64,000 nt of DNA, taken from NCBI GenBank assembly GCA_963828465.1, contig CAWHEU010000004.1:64001-128000 (forward strand), in the 5' to 3' direction. A program made the translations under genes and the position numbers. Below are positions 49,024-60,224 of this stretch, piece by piece. Each line of letters starts with the position of its first letter. Position 1 is the first letter of the stretch. The notes below the pieces were generated by a model, which worked only from the letters and a program-made list of their open reading frames with translations, had not been told where the DNA came from and did no database searches. The stretch is from an uncultured Acidobacteriota bacterium. Lineage in GTDB: Bacteria; Actinomycetota; Acidimicrobiia; Spongiisociales; ZC4RG35.

Positions 49024-50030
49024 AATCGGGCGCTCTGTGATCTGATCCGGGCCTTGTTCGCCAGAGAGTTGAGGATCATGGCCAGGATGATCGCGCCACC
49101 CAGGACCATGGTGAAGGTAAAGGCACTGACCCCCTGCAGATTGAACCCGTCCTGCAGGATGGCCAGCACCAGGGCGCCGAAGAAGGCGCCGATGATGGTC
49201 CCCGACCCTCCGGAGAGAAGGGTCCCACCGATCACCGCGGCGGCCACCGATAGGAACACCTTGGTCCCCGCGACACCTGCGCCGGGGTCGAACGAACCCA
49301 CGCGGATCCCCTCGATCACCCCGGCAAAGCCGGCGAGCATCGCGGCGAGGATGAAGTTGCGCATCTTGATGCTTCGGCTGGGGACACCGGCCTCGGCAGC
49401 TCCCAGCGGGTTTCCTCCGACTGCGACCGTATAGACCCCCCATCGAGAGTGGTTGAGGATCAGATGCATGGCGATCACGATGATGATCACCCACATCAAC
49501 CCGGAGAAGTTGGCGTCTCCAAAGATCGCGGCGGCGACCCCGGTGGAGGGGACGCGCTTGGGAAACCCATCGGAGATGTTGAGGGTGAACCCGTTGATCA
49601 CGAACCCCATGCCCAGGGTGACGATGAAAGACGGGATCCCGAACCCGAGGCTGATCGCCCCGTTGAGATAGCCAACCACTCCGGCTCCGAGGACGCCAAC
49701 GAGGATGGCCAGCGGAAGCACGAGCCCTGCCTCGCTGGCGAAGAAGACCAGGAAAGGGGTCATGAAATAGACGTTCCCCATGGACAGGTCGATCTCCCCG
49801 CTGATCAGGAGCATGACCTGGCCGGCGGCCAGGATCGCGGTGGCGATCATGTACTGGGAGATGACCCGGATGTTGGCCGTGGTCAGAAACGCCGGGTTGA
49901 CCAATGCGAAGTAGGCCCCGAGCGCCAAAGCCACCAAGGCGATGGTCGACTCTGGCCGTCGCACCAGAAAGTCACCGACCCGGCCCCAGATGTTCTGGGG
50001 CCGGGGCGGTGCGACAGCAGTGTCAGTCAT
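49020..50030 (-). CDS. Sugar ABC permease (RbsC-like)
   Basis: [28 protein letters not shown]. Confidence 0.92.
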   Translation of the reverse strand: MTDTAVAPPRPQNIWGRVGDFLVRRPESTIALVALALGAYFALVNPAFLTTANIRVISQYMIATAILAAGQVMLLISGEIDLSMGNVYFMTPFLVFFASEAGLVLPLAILVGVLGAGVVGYLNGAISLGFGIPSFIVTLGMGFVINGFTLNISDGFPKRVPSTGVAAAIFGDANFSGLMWVIIIVIAMHLILNHSRWGVYTVAVGGNPLGAAEAGVPSRSIKMRNFILAAMLAGFAGVIEGIRVGSFDPGAGVAGTKVFLSVAAAVIGGTLLSGGSGTIIGAFFGALVLAILQDGFNLQGVSAFTFTMVLGGAIILAMILNSLANKARIRSQSARL

Positions 50031-50039
50031 CTATACGTG

Positions 50040-51161
50040 TCAGCCTACGGGCTCGACTATCGCCTGTTCCTCTGCATCGCCTTCGAACCGGCTCGCCGTC
50101 TCCAGGAACAACTGGGCAGACGACGAGTCGAGGAACACCAGACCGGTGTTGGTCTCCGGTGGGGTGACCACGCCGCCGGACAGCTTGTACATGTAGAGGT
50201 AGAGCGTGGGTAGGAACCCCTGCAGATAGGGCTGCTGGTCGATGGTGAAGTCGAGCACTCCCTCGGAGACCAATTCCACCGTCTCCGGCAACAGGTCGTA
50301 CCCGCCGGCGCCGACCAGGCCGTTGTCCCGGGCGCTCTGGTCCCGGACCACCTGGCCAACTGCCTGAGTGCTGCCCGCGTCTACGGCGAACATGCCGGTG
50401 GCGTCCTGATTACCCAGGTACCAAGCCTCCACCGTGCTCAACTCCTCTTCCAGGGAGGCGCCTGTGGCGATGTCGATCGCCTCGATAGGGGCTCCCGACT
50501 CGGCGATGGCGTCCAGGGCACCGTCGATGCGGGGCTGGATGTTGAGCTGCCCCGGGGTGGCGATGAACAGCGCTACCTGTCCCTCGCCGACCAGCTCGAC
50601 GATCCGGTTTCCCATCTCGAAGCCGGACCCGTACAGATCCTGACCGACATAGCAGAGACGGTTGTTCGGGTTGTCGGGCGGGGTGTCGGCGTTGTAGGCA
50701 ATGACCGGGATCCCCGCGGCAAGGGCATCGTCGGTCGGACCGTTGAACGCCTCGAGATCGACCAGGCACACCCCGATCCCGTCGGCTGCGCCGGCAATGG
50801 CGGCTTCCATCGCATTGACCATCGCCCCGTTGTCGGCGTCCTCCGACCCGGTCCACTGGGGAGTCGGGATGCCGAGGATGGCCGCGGCGTCCTCGATCCC
50901 GTACACGGTCGGGACGAAGAAGGGGTTGGTGGTGACGTGGTTGACGAAGACGAACTCCCACGCGGGCGTCTCGGGGAAATTCCCCGCTCCTGACCCGCCG
51001 GTAGCCGCCGTGCTCCCCGTCCCTCCGGTCCCACCGGCGGCCGTGGTCGCGGTGGCCCCGTCGTTGGTGCAGGCGTTGATGAGCCCTATCGCCGCAGTCA
51101 TCCCGAGCGCCTTGAGGAAGTTCCTCCGCGAGGGGCTGAGCAGTTGCGTTTCTGGTGGCAT
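50040..51161 (-). CDS. Sugar ABC binding protein with Tat lipoprotein signal
   Basis: SRRNFLK, INAC lipobox, NPFF, GIPVIAYN, TIDQQPYLQG. Confidence 0.9.
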   Translation of the reverse strand: MPPETQLLSPSRRNFLKALGMTAAIGLINACTNDGATATTAAGGTGGTGSTAATGGSGAGNFPETPAWEFVFVNHVTTNPFFVPTVYGIEDAAAILGIPTPQWTGSEDADNGAMVNAMEAAIAGAADGIGVCLVDLEAFNGPTDDALAAGIPVIAYNADTPPDNPNNRLCYVGQDLYGSGFEMGNRIVELVGEGQVALFIATPGQLNIQPRIDGALDAIAESGAPIEAIDIATGASLEEELSTVEAWYLGNQDATGMFAVDAGSTQAVGQVVRDQSARDNGLVGAGGYDLLPETVELVSEGVLDFTIDQQPYLQGFLPTLYLYMYKLSGGVVTPPETNTGLVFLDSSSAQLFLETASRFEGDAEEQAIVEPVG

Positions 51162-51328
51162 GACGTTTCCTCCTCGTCGAGCAGTCATGTTGCCCCGGAA
51201 TGCTGGAAGATAGCGATGAGATGGTAGGCCTGCAAGCGTATGCGGGGATACGTTCACAAGCATCACGTCTTCGTGCTTCGGACGACGACGGTGTGAAGAC
51301 GGGAGGGCTCGGCTCAGCCCGATCGGAA

Positions 51329-52123
51329 TCAGCCGTGTAGCTGTTCCAGCTCCTTGGTGGTGACCTCTTCCGGCATCTTGCCGATGATGATCATGGCTAG
51401 GACCTCGTCCATGGTGACGTCATCCTTGTTGACCGTCCCCACGAGCTTGCCCTGGAGCATGACGGAGATCCGATCGGCGAGATCGAACACGTCGTGGATG
51501 TCGTGGCTGATCATGATGATGCCGATGCCCTCCGACTTGAGCTGACGCATCAGCTCACGGACTTGCTCGGTCTCCGCCGGACCGAGGGCGGCGGTCGGCT
51601 CGTCCATGATCAGGATCCGGGCGTTGAAATGGACTGCCCGGGCGATGGCGACTGACTGTCTCTGGCCACCGGACAGAGAGGCCACCGGTTCCTTGAACTT
51701 CTGGAACCTCGGGTTGAGCCTCCCCATGATCTTCCTGGTGGCGTCCTCCATCGCCGAGTCGTCGAGAGTGCCCCAACGCGTCCTCAGCTCCCGCCCCAGG
51801 AACATGTTGCTCGGAGCGTCCTGGTTGTCGGCCAGCGCCAGAGTCTGATAGATGGTCTCGATCCCGTATGCCTTCGCATCGCGGGGGGTGGTGATGCTCA
51901 CCTCTTCGCCATCGACAAAGATCTCGCCCGAGTCCGGCCTCTGTGCTCCAGCAAGAGTCTTGATCAGGGTCGACTTGCCGGCGCCATTGCCACCGACCAG
52001 ACCGAGGATCTCGCCGGGGCGGAGGTCGATGGTGACGTCCTTGACCGCGTGAACGCCGCCGAAGGAGACGCTCATATCCCTCATCTCGACGAGGGCAGCA
52101 CCGTTGGCCGTGCTCCCATTCAC
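51329..52123 (-). CDS. xylG: Xylose-type ABC ATP-binding protein (single domain)
   Basis: [23 protein letters not shown]; GTGA overlap with the permease. Confidence 0.85.
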   Translation of the reverse strand: MNGSTANGAALVEMRDMSVSFGGVHAVKDVTIDLRPGEILGLVGGNGAGKSTLIKTLAGAQRPDSGEIFVDGEEVSITTPRDAKAYGIETIYQTLALADNQDAPSNMFLGRELRTRWGTLDDSAMEDATRKIMGRLNPRFQKFKEPVASLSGGQRQSVAIARAVHFNARILIMDEPTAALGPAETEQVRELMRQLKSEGIGIIMISHDIHDVFDLADRISVMLQGKLVGTVNKDDVTMDEVLAMIIIGKMPEEVTTKELEQLHG

Positions 52124-53439
52124 CGCGCTGCCCTCCTCCGGTAGATGGCGTCGATGGCAACTGCGGTCACCAGGACTACGCCAAGTGCCACGTCCTGCAC
52201 CGGAGCGCCGACCCCGATGAGGACCATGCCGGACTGGAGCGATTGCATGACGAGTGCTCCGAGAATGGCACCGGGAATGGTCCCGATCCCTCCTGCGAGT
52301 GATGTGCCCCCGATGACCGCGGCAGCAATCACATAGAGCTCGTTCAAGGTGCCGAGACCGCTCACCGCCGCGTTGAGACGGGCGATGGAGACGGCGGCGG
52401 AGATGGCCACGAGGATGCCCATCACCATGAAGGTCTTGACGATGGTGCGCTTGGTCTTGATCCCGGCCAAGTTGGCGGCCTCTGGATTCCCTCCAATGGA
52501 GAAGACATATCGCCCGAAGCGAAGACGGTTCGTGACAAACGTCATGGCGAGGGCGACTCCGCCCAGGATGAGCACTGGATAAGGGATTCCGAGCGGGATC
52601 TGAAGGCCGCCTTCGGGAATCGGGATGTCGTTCTCCTCGGCATACTGGATGGCCAGGTTCTCCGGCAGGTAGTAGCTGTTCATCACCCACACCGCGCCGA
52701 GCACCACGGCGCAGCCCAGGACGCCGAGAACGACGTCGAGCCAAGTGGGGCGGAGAAGAAAGCCGAACTTGCGACGACGACGACGACCCATGACGAGGAA
52801 GGCAATGATCCCGACACAGGCGACTCCCCCGACGATCCAGCTCCCAGTCTCTCCGAGCGACCCGTTGGATCCACCTCCGAGGAGCTGGAAAGTGGCGTCC
52901 ATCGGGGCGATGGTCCGGCCACTGGCGGTCAGCCAGGCAAACCCCCGCCACACGAGCAGCCCACCCAGCGTGACGATGAAAGAGGGAACGCCGACATAGG
53001 CGATTATGGATCCCTGGAATGCACCGATCGCAGCCCCCAACACGATGCCGACGGCCAGAGTGATCACCCAGATCCAAGAGTTTCCCAGGCCCATCACCGG
53101 TGGGAGCCACTCGACCTGGAGGACGGCCATGACCATTCCTACCGTGCCGACCATGGAGCCCACCGAGAGGTCGATGTTGCGGGAGACGATGACCAGCACC
53201 ATCCCGGTGGCCATGATCGCTATCGACGAGGTCTGGACCGAGAGGTTCCACAAGTTGCGCGGAGTGATGAAGGTGCCTCCCGAGATGAAGTGAAAGACGA
53301 CCCAGATGGCCAGGAGCACGGCGATCATCCCCACCATGCGGGTATCGATCTCGTTGTCCCTCAGGAAGGCGCCGAGAAACCGACGCGGGCTCTCTTCGAG
53401 GGGCTCGGTCTGGGTGGGCGGGGCCTCTACCACGCTCAT
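52120..53439 (-). CDS. xylH: Xylose ABC permease
   Basis: [40 protein letters not shown]. Confidence 0.88.
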   Translation of the reverse strand: MSVVEAPPTQTEPLEESPRRFLGAFLRDNEIDTRMVGMIAVLLAIWVVFHFISGGTFITPRNLWNLSVQTSSIAIMATGMVLVIVSRNIDLSVGSMVGTVGMVMAVLQVEWLPPVMGLGNSWIWVITLAVGIVLGAAIGAFQGSIIAYVGVPSFIVTLGGLLVWRGFAWLTASGRTIAPMDATFQLLGGGSNGSLGETGSWIVGGVACVGIIAFLVMGRRRRRKFGFLLRPTWLDVVLGVLGCAVVLGAVWVMNSYYLPENLAIQYAEENDIPIPEGGLQIPLGIPYPVLILGGVALAMTFVTNRLRFGRYVFSIGGNPEAANLAGIKTKRTIVKTFMVMGILVAISAAVSIARLNAAVSGLGTLNELYVIAAAVIGGTSLAGGIGTIPGAILGALVMQSLQSGMVLIGVGAPVQDVALGVVLVTAVAIDAIYRRRAAR

Positions 53440-53464
53440 AGCATCACCACACTAGAGATCGCAC

Positions 53465-53489
53465 TGCGCCCCCGGAGACCGGGGGCGCA
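53465..53489 (-). terminator. GC hairpin after the binding-protein gene (terminator or mRNA stabiliser)
   Basis: TGCGCCCCCGG-aga-CCGGGGGCGCA, 11-bp stem. Confidence 0.65.
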
Positions 53490-53521
53490 AATGCATTCAT
53501 CGATTTCGCTTCAGTGATTGG

Positions 53522-54692
53522 TCACGAGGCGCAGGGGCCGACCGTTCCGCCGGTCGAGCAGAGATCCTCGGCCGTGATCCATTCCGCGTCGACCACTTCC
53601 TGGAGGTTCTCCTGAGTGATCGGGATCGGGGTCAGCAGGATGCTGGTCAGAACCGTTTCTGCCTGCGTCTCCTTGTTCGTGTAGACGAACTCGCTCGTTC
53701 CCTCGACGTCGGCCAGCGAGGCGCCTCCGGCGAGCTGCACAGCGGCCTCACCGGCAGCGGTCCCCAGGGCACGTGCGTCCTTCCAGACAGACACCGCCTG
53801 CGTCCCGGCCGCTACCCGCTGGAGAGCGGCGACGTCGGCGTCCTGGCCGGACAACACCACAGTGCCCAGAAGACCCTGGCCGTCGAGAGCCGCGGCCGCA
53901 CCGGTGGCCATACCATCGTTCTCGGACACGATGGCTTGCACGTCATTGTCATGCCGCGCTCAACCACTGCTCGGTCGTGGTCTGGGCCAGCGCCGGGTCC
54001 CAGTTGTCGGTGTAGTCCTCCTCGAGAATGGTGATGTCACCGGCTTCGGCTGCGGCATCGATCACCGAACCGATCCCCTCACGAAGGAAGTCGGAGTTGG
54101 CGTCGGCTCCGTTGCCCTTGATTATGAAGTAGTTGCCTGTCGGAACCAGATCGAAGACGACCTCGGCCATCAGCTGCCCAACGAGGACGTTGTCGAAGCT
54201 GACATAGAAGGTGTTCGCATCCTCGATGAGGCGGTCATAGGCGATCACTGGGATCCCCTGGTCGGTCGCGCTTTGAACCGCGGGCAGGATCGCTTGCGTG
54301 TTCTGAGCCAGGATCATGACGACGGTCGCGCCGTCAGCGATCAGGTTCTCCACGTCTGTGATCTGCTGTTCCTCCGATGACCCCGCATCCGACTGGATGT
54401 ACGAGCAACCGCCGGCCTCGAGTGCCGCAACGATTGCGGGCTCATCGTGCTTGGCCCATCTCTCTTCGTTGTAGTTGTTCCACGACATGCCGACGACACA
54501 ATCGCCGCCCGCCGCAGCAGCCGTCGTGCTCGCTCCCCCGGCTGCCGTGGTCGTCGCCGCAGCTACCGTCGTGGTCGCTCCGGCTTCCGTCGTATCGGCA
54601 CCAGCTTCGGTGGTGTCGCCTCCTTCTTCACCACCACAAGCGGCGATGACAAGGGCGATGACGGCTACCAACGCCATTAGGCGTCTTTTCAT
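53522..54692 (-). CDS. xylF: D-xylose-binding lipoprotein, frameshift near 53950
   Basis: IAAC lipobox, EERW, VIAYDRLI, SFDN, then NDGMA, SGQD, SVWK in the next frame. Confidence 0.85.
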
Positions 54693-54810
54693 TTGTTTTC
54701 CTTCCTCCTCCGGTTGCCACCCCTCGAAGGGGGCTGGCAAATTCCGTACGAGTCGAACGCGATTGGGCCATGACGACCCCACGCCGACCAATGCGAGCAT
54801 AACCGTCATA

Positions 54811-54830
54811 TGTTTGACCCCGCAACAAAT
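54811..54830. promoter_or_regulatory. Candidate ROK/XylR operator
   Basis: AT-rich imperfect inverted repeat TGTTTG-accccg-CAACAAAT between divergent xylF and the ROK gene. Confidence 0.35.
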
Positions 54831-54874
54831 TGCGGCATAAGGTTCTCGCTCTCAATCGACCTCCCGGGAGACAC

Positions 54875-56116
54875 TTGAACCGCACCCAGATAACGGCCGG
54901 GAGGGATGACCATCACCGGCCCAAGGGCGTGGCTGCCGACGAGCTGCGCCGCCACAATCTGGGGGCGGTGGTGGAGAGCCTCCACCTCCACGGACCCGTC
55001 TCTCGCTCGGAGCTGACCGCCACCACCGGGCTCAACCGATCCACCATCGCCGATCTCATCGGTGAACTGACCAACCTCGGCCTCGTCGAGGAGGGCCCGG
55101 CGGTCGCACCCTCAGGGCCGGGGCGGCCCTCCCCGATGGTGAGGACCCGGCCCCAGGGCGCCGTCGTTCTATCGATCGAGTTGTCGGTCGACTCTGTTGC
55201 AGTAGCCACGGTTGGCCTTGGTGGTCATGTCTACGAACAGGTGCGGGTGCCGAGGCCCCGTGGCGAGTCGGCGGCCGACACGGTCGAGGTCGTCGCCGGC
55301 CTGTCCGGCGAGCTGCTGGAGGGCCTGCCCGCCGACGCGATCCGGACCGGGGTCGGCGTGGGCGTCGCCGGGGTCACCCGGAGATCAGACGGCTTCGTCC
55401 AGCTCGCCCCCAACCTCGGCTGGAGGAACGTCGCACTCGGTGAGATGCTCGCTTCCGCCCTCGGGCTGAGCAATCCGGTCCTCGTCGCCAACGAAGCCGA
55501 CCTCGGCGCCCTCGCCGAATACCGGCGAGGAGTCGGTGTCGGGGTGCCCCATCTCATCTACATATCGGGCGAGGCCGGAATCGGCGCCGGGATCATCCAC
55601 GACGGGAAGCCAATGTTGGGGGCTGCCGGCTACGCGGGCGAGGCCGGGCACACCCTGATCAACCCCGACGGACATCTCTGTCGCTGCGGGGCGACCGGCT
55701 GCTGGGAGACCGAGGCCGGGGAGGGAGCTCTGGCTCGTCTTGCCGGGATCCCGTCGAGCGTCACCGGGCTGGGGCTGGTCGACACCATCCTCGCCAGGGC
55801 GAATGACGGCGACCAGAAGACTCTCGACGCCCTTGCCGAGATCGGTCGATGGCTCGGGTTGGGCATCGGCAACCTGATCAACGTGTTCAACCCGCAACTC
55901 GTCGTGCTCGGGGGGTTTTATCACCCCCTCTTTCCGTTTCTCGAGAAAGCCGTCTTCGAAGGAGCTCGTCTCGGCGCGCTCGATGCTCCGGGTGACATCG
56001 CCGATATCGCAGCCGGCGGTTTGGGACCCGATGCCCCGCTGATCGGCGCGGCGGAGCTGGCCATCTCGGAGGTCATCGCCGACCCGGCCGGACACACTCG
56101 CGCCCGGTCCGGGTGA
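54875..56116 (+). CDS. ROK family transcriptional regulator (XylR-like)
   Basis: N-terminal HTH SRSELTATTGLNRST, GPGRP, NEAD, GEAGH, CRCGATGCWE; start uncertain. Confidence 0.9.
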   Translation: MNRTQITAGRDDHHRPKGVAADELRRHNLGAVVESLHLHGPVSRSELTATTGLNRSTIADLIGELTNLGLVEEGPAVAPSGPGRPSPMVRTRPQGAVVLSIELSVDSVAVATVGLGGHVYEQVRVPRPRGESAADTVEVVAGLSGELLEGLPADAIRTGVGVGVAGVTRRSDGFVQLAPNLGWRNVALGEMLASALGLSNPVLVANEADLGALAEYRRGVGVGVPHLIYISGEAGIGAGIIHDGKPMLGAAGYAGEAGHTLINPDGHLCRCGATGCWETEAGEGALARLAGIPSSVTGLGLVDTILARANDGDQKTLDALAEIGRWLGLGIGNLINVFNPQLVVLGGFYHPLFPFLEKAVFEGARLGALDAPGDIADIAAGGLGPDAPLIGAAELAISEVIADPAGHTRARSG

Positions 56117-56123
56117 ACGCCGC

Positions 56124-57119
56124 TCAGGCGCGGGCGGCGGCGTCCGCGAAGATTCGCTCCATGACCTCGATATTGGCGACGGCGTCCTGGGGTGGCGTCG
56201 GCACCGCCGTGTCATCCCGGATGGCGCGGGAGAAGGCGTCGGCCTGTACCCGGTATTGGTCGGCCTCGGGAACCTGATGAACCACCACATCGGGCGCCAC
56301 CGGGGGCTCGCCCCCGGACACGGCGAGCACGCGGGTCGGGCGATCGGGAGGGATGTTGAAGGGGATCTCGACGACAAGGCGCCCCCCGGTCCCGTAGATG
56401 TGAACGTGCTGATCGTTCTCCAGCTGCGTCGAGCAGATGAAACCGGCATGTCTCCCGTCGAAGTCGAGCACCACCGACGTGAGCACATCAGTGCCGAAAT
56501 CGGGGTCACGCCGGATCGAGGCCAGGACATCGGTGGGCTCGGCGTCGAAGAGCATCCGGGCGACGTTGACCGGATAGCAGCCGATGTCGAAGAGGGAACC
56601 GCCCCCCGCCTCGACCTGATTGCGGATGTCGCCCGGGTCATCGTTGTAATAGGAGAAGGCCGCCTGGACCGCCCTCAACTCCCCGATGGCGCCGTCGGCG
56701 ATGAGACGCCGCACCTCGACCCAAAGCGGGTGAAGCCGGTACATGAATGCCTCCATGAGCTTCACCCCGGACCGCTCGGCCACGTCGATCATCTTGCTGG
56801 CCAATTCGCTGCTGGTGGCGAGTGGTTTCTCACAAAGGACGTGTTTGCCCGCCTCGGCGGCCGCGATCGTCCACTCCGGGTGGAGATGATTGGGCAGGGG
56901 GATGTAGACCGCCTCGATGTCCCGGTCACCGAGCAATTCCTCGTAGCTGCCGTACGACTTGGGGATGCCGAGGGACTCGGCCGTGACCCGGGAACGCTCT
57001 GCCGACCGGGAGGCGATGGCTGCGACCTCACTGAGATCCGATCCATTCATGGCGGGAATGACCTTCCTCACCGCGATGTCCGCACACCCGAGGACGCCCC
57101 ATCGGACTGGATCCGTCAC
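56124..57119 (-). CDS. Gfo/Idh/MocA oxidoreductase
   Basis: WGVLGCADIA, YIPLPN, HVLCEKP, GGGSLFDIGCY. Confidence 0.92.
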   Translation of the reverse strand: MTDPVRWGVLGCADIAVRKVIPAMNGSDLSEVAAIASRSAERSRVTAESLGIPKSYGSYEELLGDRDIEAVYIPLPNHLHPEWTIAAAEAGKHVLCEKPLATSSELASKMIDVAERSGVKLMEAFMYRLHPLWVEVRRLIADGAIGELRAVQAAFSYYNDDPGDIRNQVEAGGGSLFDIGCYPVNVARMLFDAEPTDVLASIRRDPDFGTDVLTSVVLDFDGRHAGFICSTQLENDQHVHIYGTGGRLVVEIPFNIPPDRPTRVLAVSGGEPPVAPDVVVHQVPEADQYRVQADAFSRAIRDDTAVPTPPQDAVANIEVMERIFADAAARA

Positions 57120-57190
57120 CTCATAGCCTCCTCCACTCGACACAATCGACCCATGCGGCATTTTGTCGAAACGGCCCAAACGGGGCAAAC

Positions 57191-58843
57191 GTGACCGGAA
57201 AGGCCTGGGTGTGGCTCATCGCCGGGGTCGCGGCCGGAGCTTTGATGGCCGGCGCACTCGCATCTGGCGCCATCGCCGCCTTCTGGCCCGACCTGCCCGA
57301 GGCCGCGTCACCGCCACCCCACTACGTCGACGAGTCGGAGAGCGCAGGCATCGACCACGTCTATGAGGGCGAGTTCGAGTACTTCGTTGGAGGCGGCGTC
57401 GCCGTGCTCGACTGTGACGAGGACGGGCGCAGCGACCTCTACCTGGCAGGCGGCACCAATCCCAGCGCCCTCTATCGCAACGACAGCCCGATTGGCGGCG
57501 CCCTTCGATTCGGACAGATTCTGGACACGACGTCGAGCAATCTCACCGGAGTGACCGGCGCCTACCCGCTCGACATCGACAGCGACTCCCACACCGACCT
57601 GGCCGTGCTCCGGTTCGGCGAGGACGTCCTGCTCCGCGGCCGAGGGGATTGCGCCTTCGAACGGGCCAACGAGACATGGGGTCTCGATGCCGCCAACGAC
57701 TGGACTGTCGGGTTCAGTGCCACCTGGGAGGGAGGCGCCGATCTGCCGACTCTGGCCTTCGGCAACTACCTGGCAGAGGGTGGGCAGACGACCGGGGAGT
57801 GCGAGGACCACCGTCTTTTCCGACCGGACGAGGGGGGTTACGGCCCGCCCCAAGCGCTCAGCCCGGGGTACTGCACCCTCTCGATCCTCTTCTCCGACTG
57901 GGACCGATCGGGTCGCCGTGATCTGCGCATGACCAACGACCGTCACTACTACAGGAACGGCGAGGAGCAGCTCTGGCAGATGGCCGAGGGTGAGCCTCCC
58001 CGCCTCTACACCCGGGAGGACGGCTGGCAGCCCATGCAAATCTGGGGCATGGGCATCGCCGGCCAGGACGTCACGGGGGACGGGTTGCCCGAGTTCTTCC
58101 TCACCAGCCAGGGTGACAACAAGCTGCAGACTCTCGCCGACGGGTCAACTCAACCGAACTACACCGACATCGCCTTCGAACGGGGCGTGACCGCCCATCG
58201 CCCCTATGCGGGAGACCGGGCTGCGCCCTCGACTGCCTGGCACCCCGAATTCCAGGACGTGAACAACGACAGCCTGATCGACCTGTTCGTGTCCAAGGGC
58301 AACGTCGAGGCCCAGGAAGGCTACGCCTCGAGGGATCCGAGCAATCTCATGATCGGCAACCCGGATGGCACTTTCACCGAGATGGCAGATGAGGCAGGGA
58401 TCGTGGACTTCGCACGCTCTCGCGGCGCCGCCCTGGCCGACTTCAATCTCGACGGCATGCTCGATCTCGTCGAGGTGACCCGGCGAGAGAACATCAAACT
58501 CTTCCGCAACGCAGGATGGGGCGACGCCGCCTCGCCGTCCCCGATGGATAACTGGATCGGCATGCGCCTCGACCAGCCGGCGCCCAACGTCGACGCCATT
58601 GGGTCATGGATCGAGGTGAAGATCGGCAACCGCGTCGTACAGCGCGAAATCACCGTCGGCGGAGGGCACGCGGGTGGGCAGCTCGGCTGGACCCACTTCG
58701 GCGTCGGTGACGCGGATAGCGTTGAGGTGCGGGTGCAGTGGCCCGATGGCGAGAAGGGGCGGTGGATCGACGTGGGTTCGAACCAATTCATGATCATCGA
58801 ACGGGATGCCGACGAAGCCTTGGTCTGGGATCCGAGTCGATGA
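57191..58843 (+). CDS. CRTAC1 / ASPIC-UnbV family FG-GAP repeat protein
   Basis: N-terminal TM anchor; repeats DCDEDGRSDLY, DWDRSGRRDL, DVTGDGLPE, DVNNDSLIDL, DFNLDGMLDL; C-terminal AIG..HFGVG..VQWPDG. Confidence 0.88.
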   Translation: MTGKAWVWLIAGVAAGALMAGALASGAIAAFWPDLPEAASPPPHYVDESESAGIDHVYEGEFEYFVGGGVAVLDCDEDGRSDLYLAGGTNPSALYRNDSPIGGALRFGQILDTTSSNLTGVTGAYPLDIDSDSHTDLAVLRFGEDVLLRGRGDCAFERANETWGLDAANDWTVGFSATWEGGADLPTLAFGNYLAEGGQTTGECEDHRLFRPDEGGYGPPQALSPGYCTLSILFSDWDRSGRRDLRMTNDRHYYRNGEEQLWQMAEGEPPRLYTREDGWQPMQIWGMGIAGQDVTGDGLPEFFLTSQGDNKLQTLADGSTQPNYTDIAFERGVTAHRPYAGDRAAPSTAWHPEFQDVNNDSLIDLFVSKGNVEAQEGYASRDPSNLMIGNPDGTFTEMADEAGIVDFARSRGAALADFNLDGMLDLVEVTRRENIKLFRNAGWGDAASPSPMDNWIGMRLDQPAPNVDAIGSWIEVKIGNRVVQREITVGGGHAGGQLGWTHFGVGDADSVEVRVQWPDGEKGRWIDVGSNQFMIIERDADEALVWDPSR

Positions 58844-58847
58844 CCTC

Positions 58848-60224
58848 ATGACAGGGGCGCGTCTCGCCGAGGTGGAGCTGCCGGATTTCGGGATACCGCC
58901 TGCGATGCCCCTCATCCCCGACCTCGTCTACGAGGACCGAATGGAGCGTTTCCGCAAGCGGTCGGCCGAGCGGGGGCTCGACCGCATCGTGGTGTACGCC
59001 GATCGTGAGCACAGTGCCAATCTCTCCTACCTGACCGGCTTCGATCCGCGTTTCGAAGAGGCCCTCCTCGTCGTGGGTCCTGACGAGGTGCCGGCCATCC
59101 TCGTGGGCAACGAGTGCTGGGGAATGGCGGATGCCGCTCCCCTCACGATGCGGCGCCACCTCTTTCAAGACTTCAGTCTCCCCAGCCAGCCCCGCGACCG
59201 ATCCCTCCCTTTGGGGGAGATCCTGGGAGAGGAGGGCATCGGCGCCGGGAGCAGAGTCGGCGTGGTGGGGTGGAAGGTGTTCGACGATGGCGCGGTCATC
59301 GACCTTCCCGCATTCATCGTCGACGAATTGCGCCGGCTAACCGGGCCGGACGGCTCGGTGGAAAACGCGACTGACATCCTGGTCGGGGCCGCCGACGGGC
59401 TGCGCGTCATCAACGAGGTAGAACAGCTCGCCTACTACGAGTGGGCCGCCTGCCACACCTCGAGCGGCGTCCGCCGGGTGCTTCAGGGGCTGCGTCCTGG
59501 CCTGACCGAGCAAGAGGCGGTTCGGCTGCTCGAGTGGAACGGGACACCGCTCTCTTGCCACCTGATGCTGACCGCCGGGCCAAGAGCGTCGCTCGGGTTG
59601 CTCAGCCCTGGCGACCGGCCCATCGAGCGATCTGATCGGTTCACGGTCGCCTTCGGGATCTGGGGGGCTCTCAACTGCCGGGCCGGGTTCGTGGCCGAAG
59701 GCCCTGAGGATTTGCCCGGGGAAATCGGCGACTACGTCGATCGTCTGGTGGCTCCCTATTTCGAGGCGGTGGCTGAGTGGTACGGAGCGCTCCACGTCGG
59801 GCAGAAGGGCGGCGCACTCCAGGAGATCATCGATCGGCGTCTGGGCGACCCCTTCTTTGGCATCTTCCTCAACCCTGGTCATCAGATCCATCTAGACGAG
59901 TGGGTCAACTCGCCCGTTGGTCCGGGATCTGACATCGAGCTCGCTTCGGGGATGGCCCTACAGGTCGACATCATCCCGGCCACGGGCACCGAGTACTTCA
60001 CCACCAACATCGAGGACGGGATCGCTCTAGCCGACGAGTCTCTACGTAATTCGCTGGCCGATCACTATCCAGACGCTTGGCAACGAATCACGGCAAGGCG
60101 AGATTTCATGAAGGACTCGCTCGGCATCGACCTGCACCCGGATGTGCTCCCCTTCTCCAACATTCCCGCCTACCTCCCCCCATTTCTGCTCCGGCCCAAC
60201 CGGGTCATGATGATGACCGGCTAG
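58848..60224 (+). CDS. M24/creatinase-fold protein
   Basis: YADREHSANLSYLTGF N-domain; LNPGH, NIEDG. Confidence 0.65.
   Translation: MTGARLAEVELPDFGIPPAMPLIPDLVYEDRMERFRKRSAERGLDRIVVYADREHSANLSYLTGFDPRFEEALLVVGPDEVPAILVGNECWGMADAAPLTMRRHLFQDFSLPSQPRDRSLPLGEILGEEGIGAGSRVGVVGWKVFDDGAVIDLPAFIVDELRRLTGPDGSVENATDILVGAADGLRVINEVEQLAYYEWAACHTSSGVRRVLQGLRPGLTEQEAVRLLEWNGTPLSCHLMLTAGPRASLGLLSPGDRPIERSDRFTVAFGIWGALNCRAGFVAEGPEDLPGEIGDYVDRLVAPYFEAVAEWYGALHVGQKGGALQEIIDRRLGDPFFGIFLNPGHQIHLDEWVNSPVGPGSDIELASGMALQVDIIPATGTEYFTTNIEDGIALADESLRNSLADHYPDAWQRITARRDFMKDSLGIDLHPDVLPFSNIPAYLPPFLLRPNRVMMMTG

Noticed and set aside
16233-54692. Single-base frameshifts in aroK (~16470), gltB (~19385), xylB (~47750), an ABC ATPase (~48420) and xylF (~53950) as programmed frameshifting or true pseudogenes
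   Set aside because: Each gene is otherwise intact, the indels sit in GC-rich or homopolymer contexts, and no shared slippery motif is visible; long-read consensus error is the simplest explanation. Read pile-ups would settle it.
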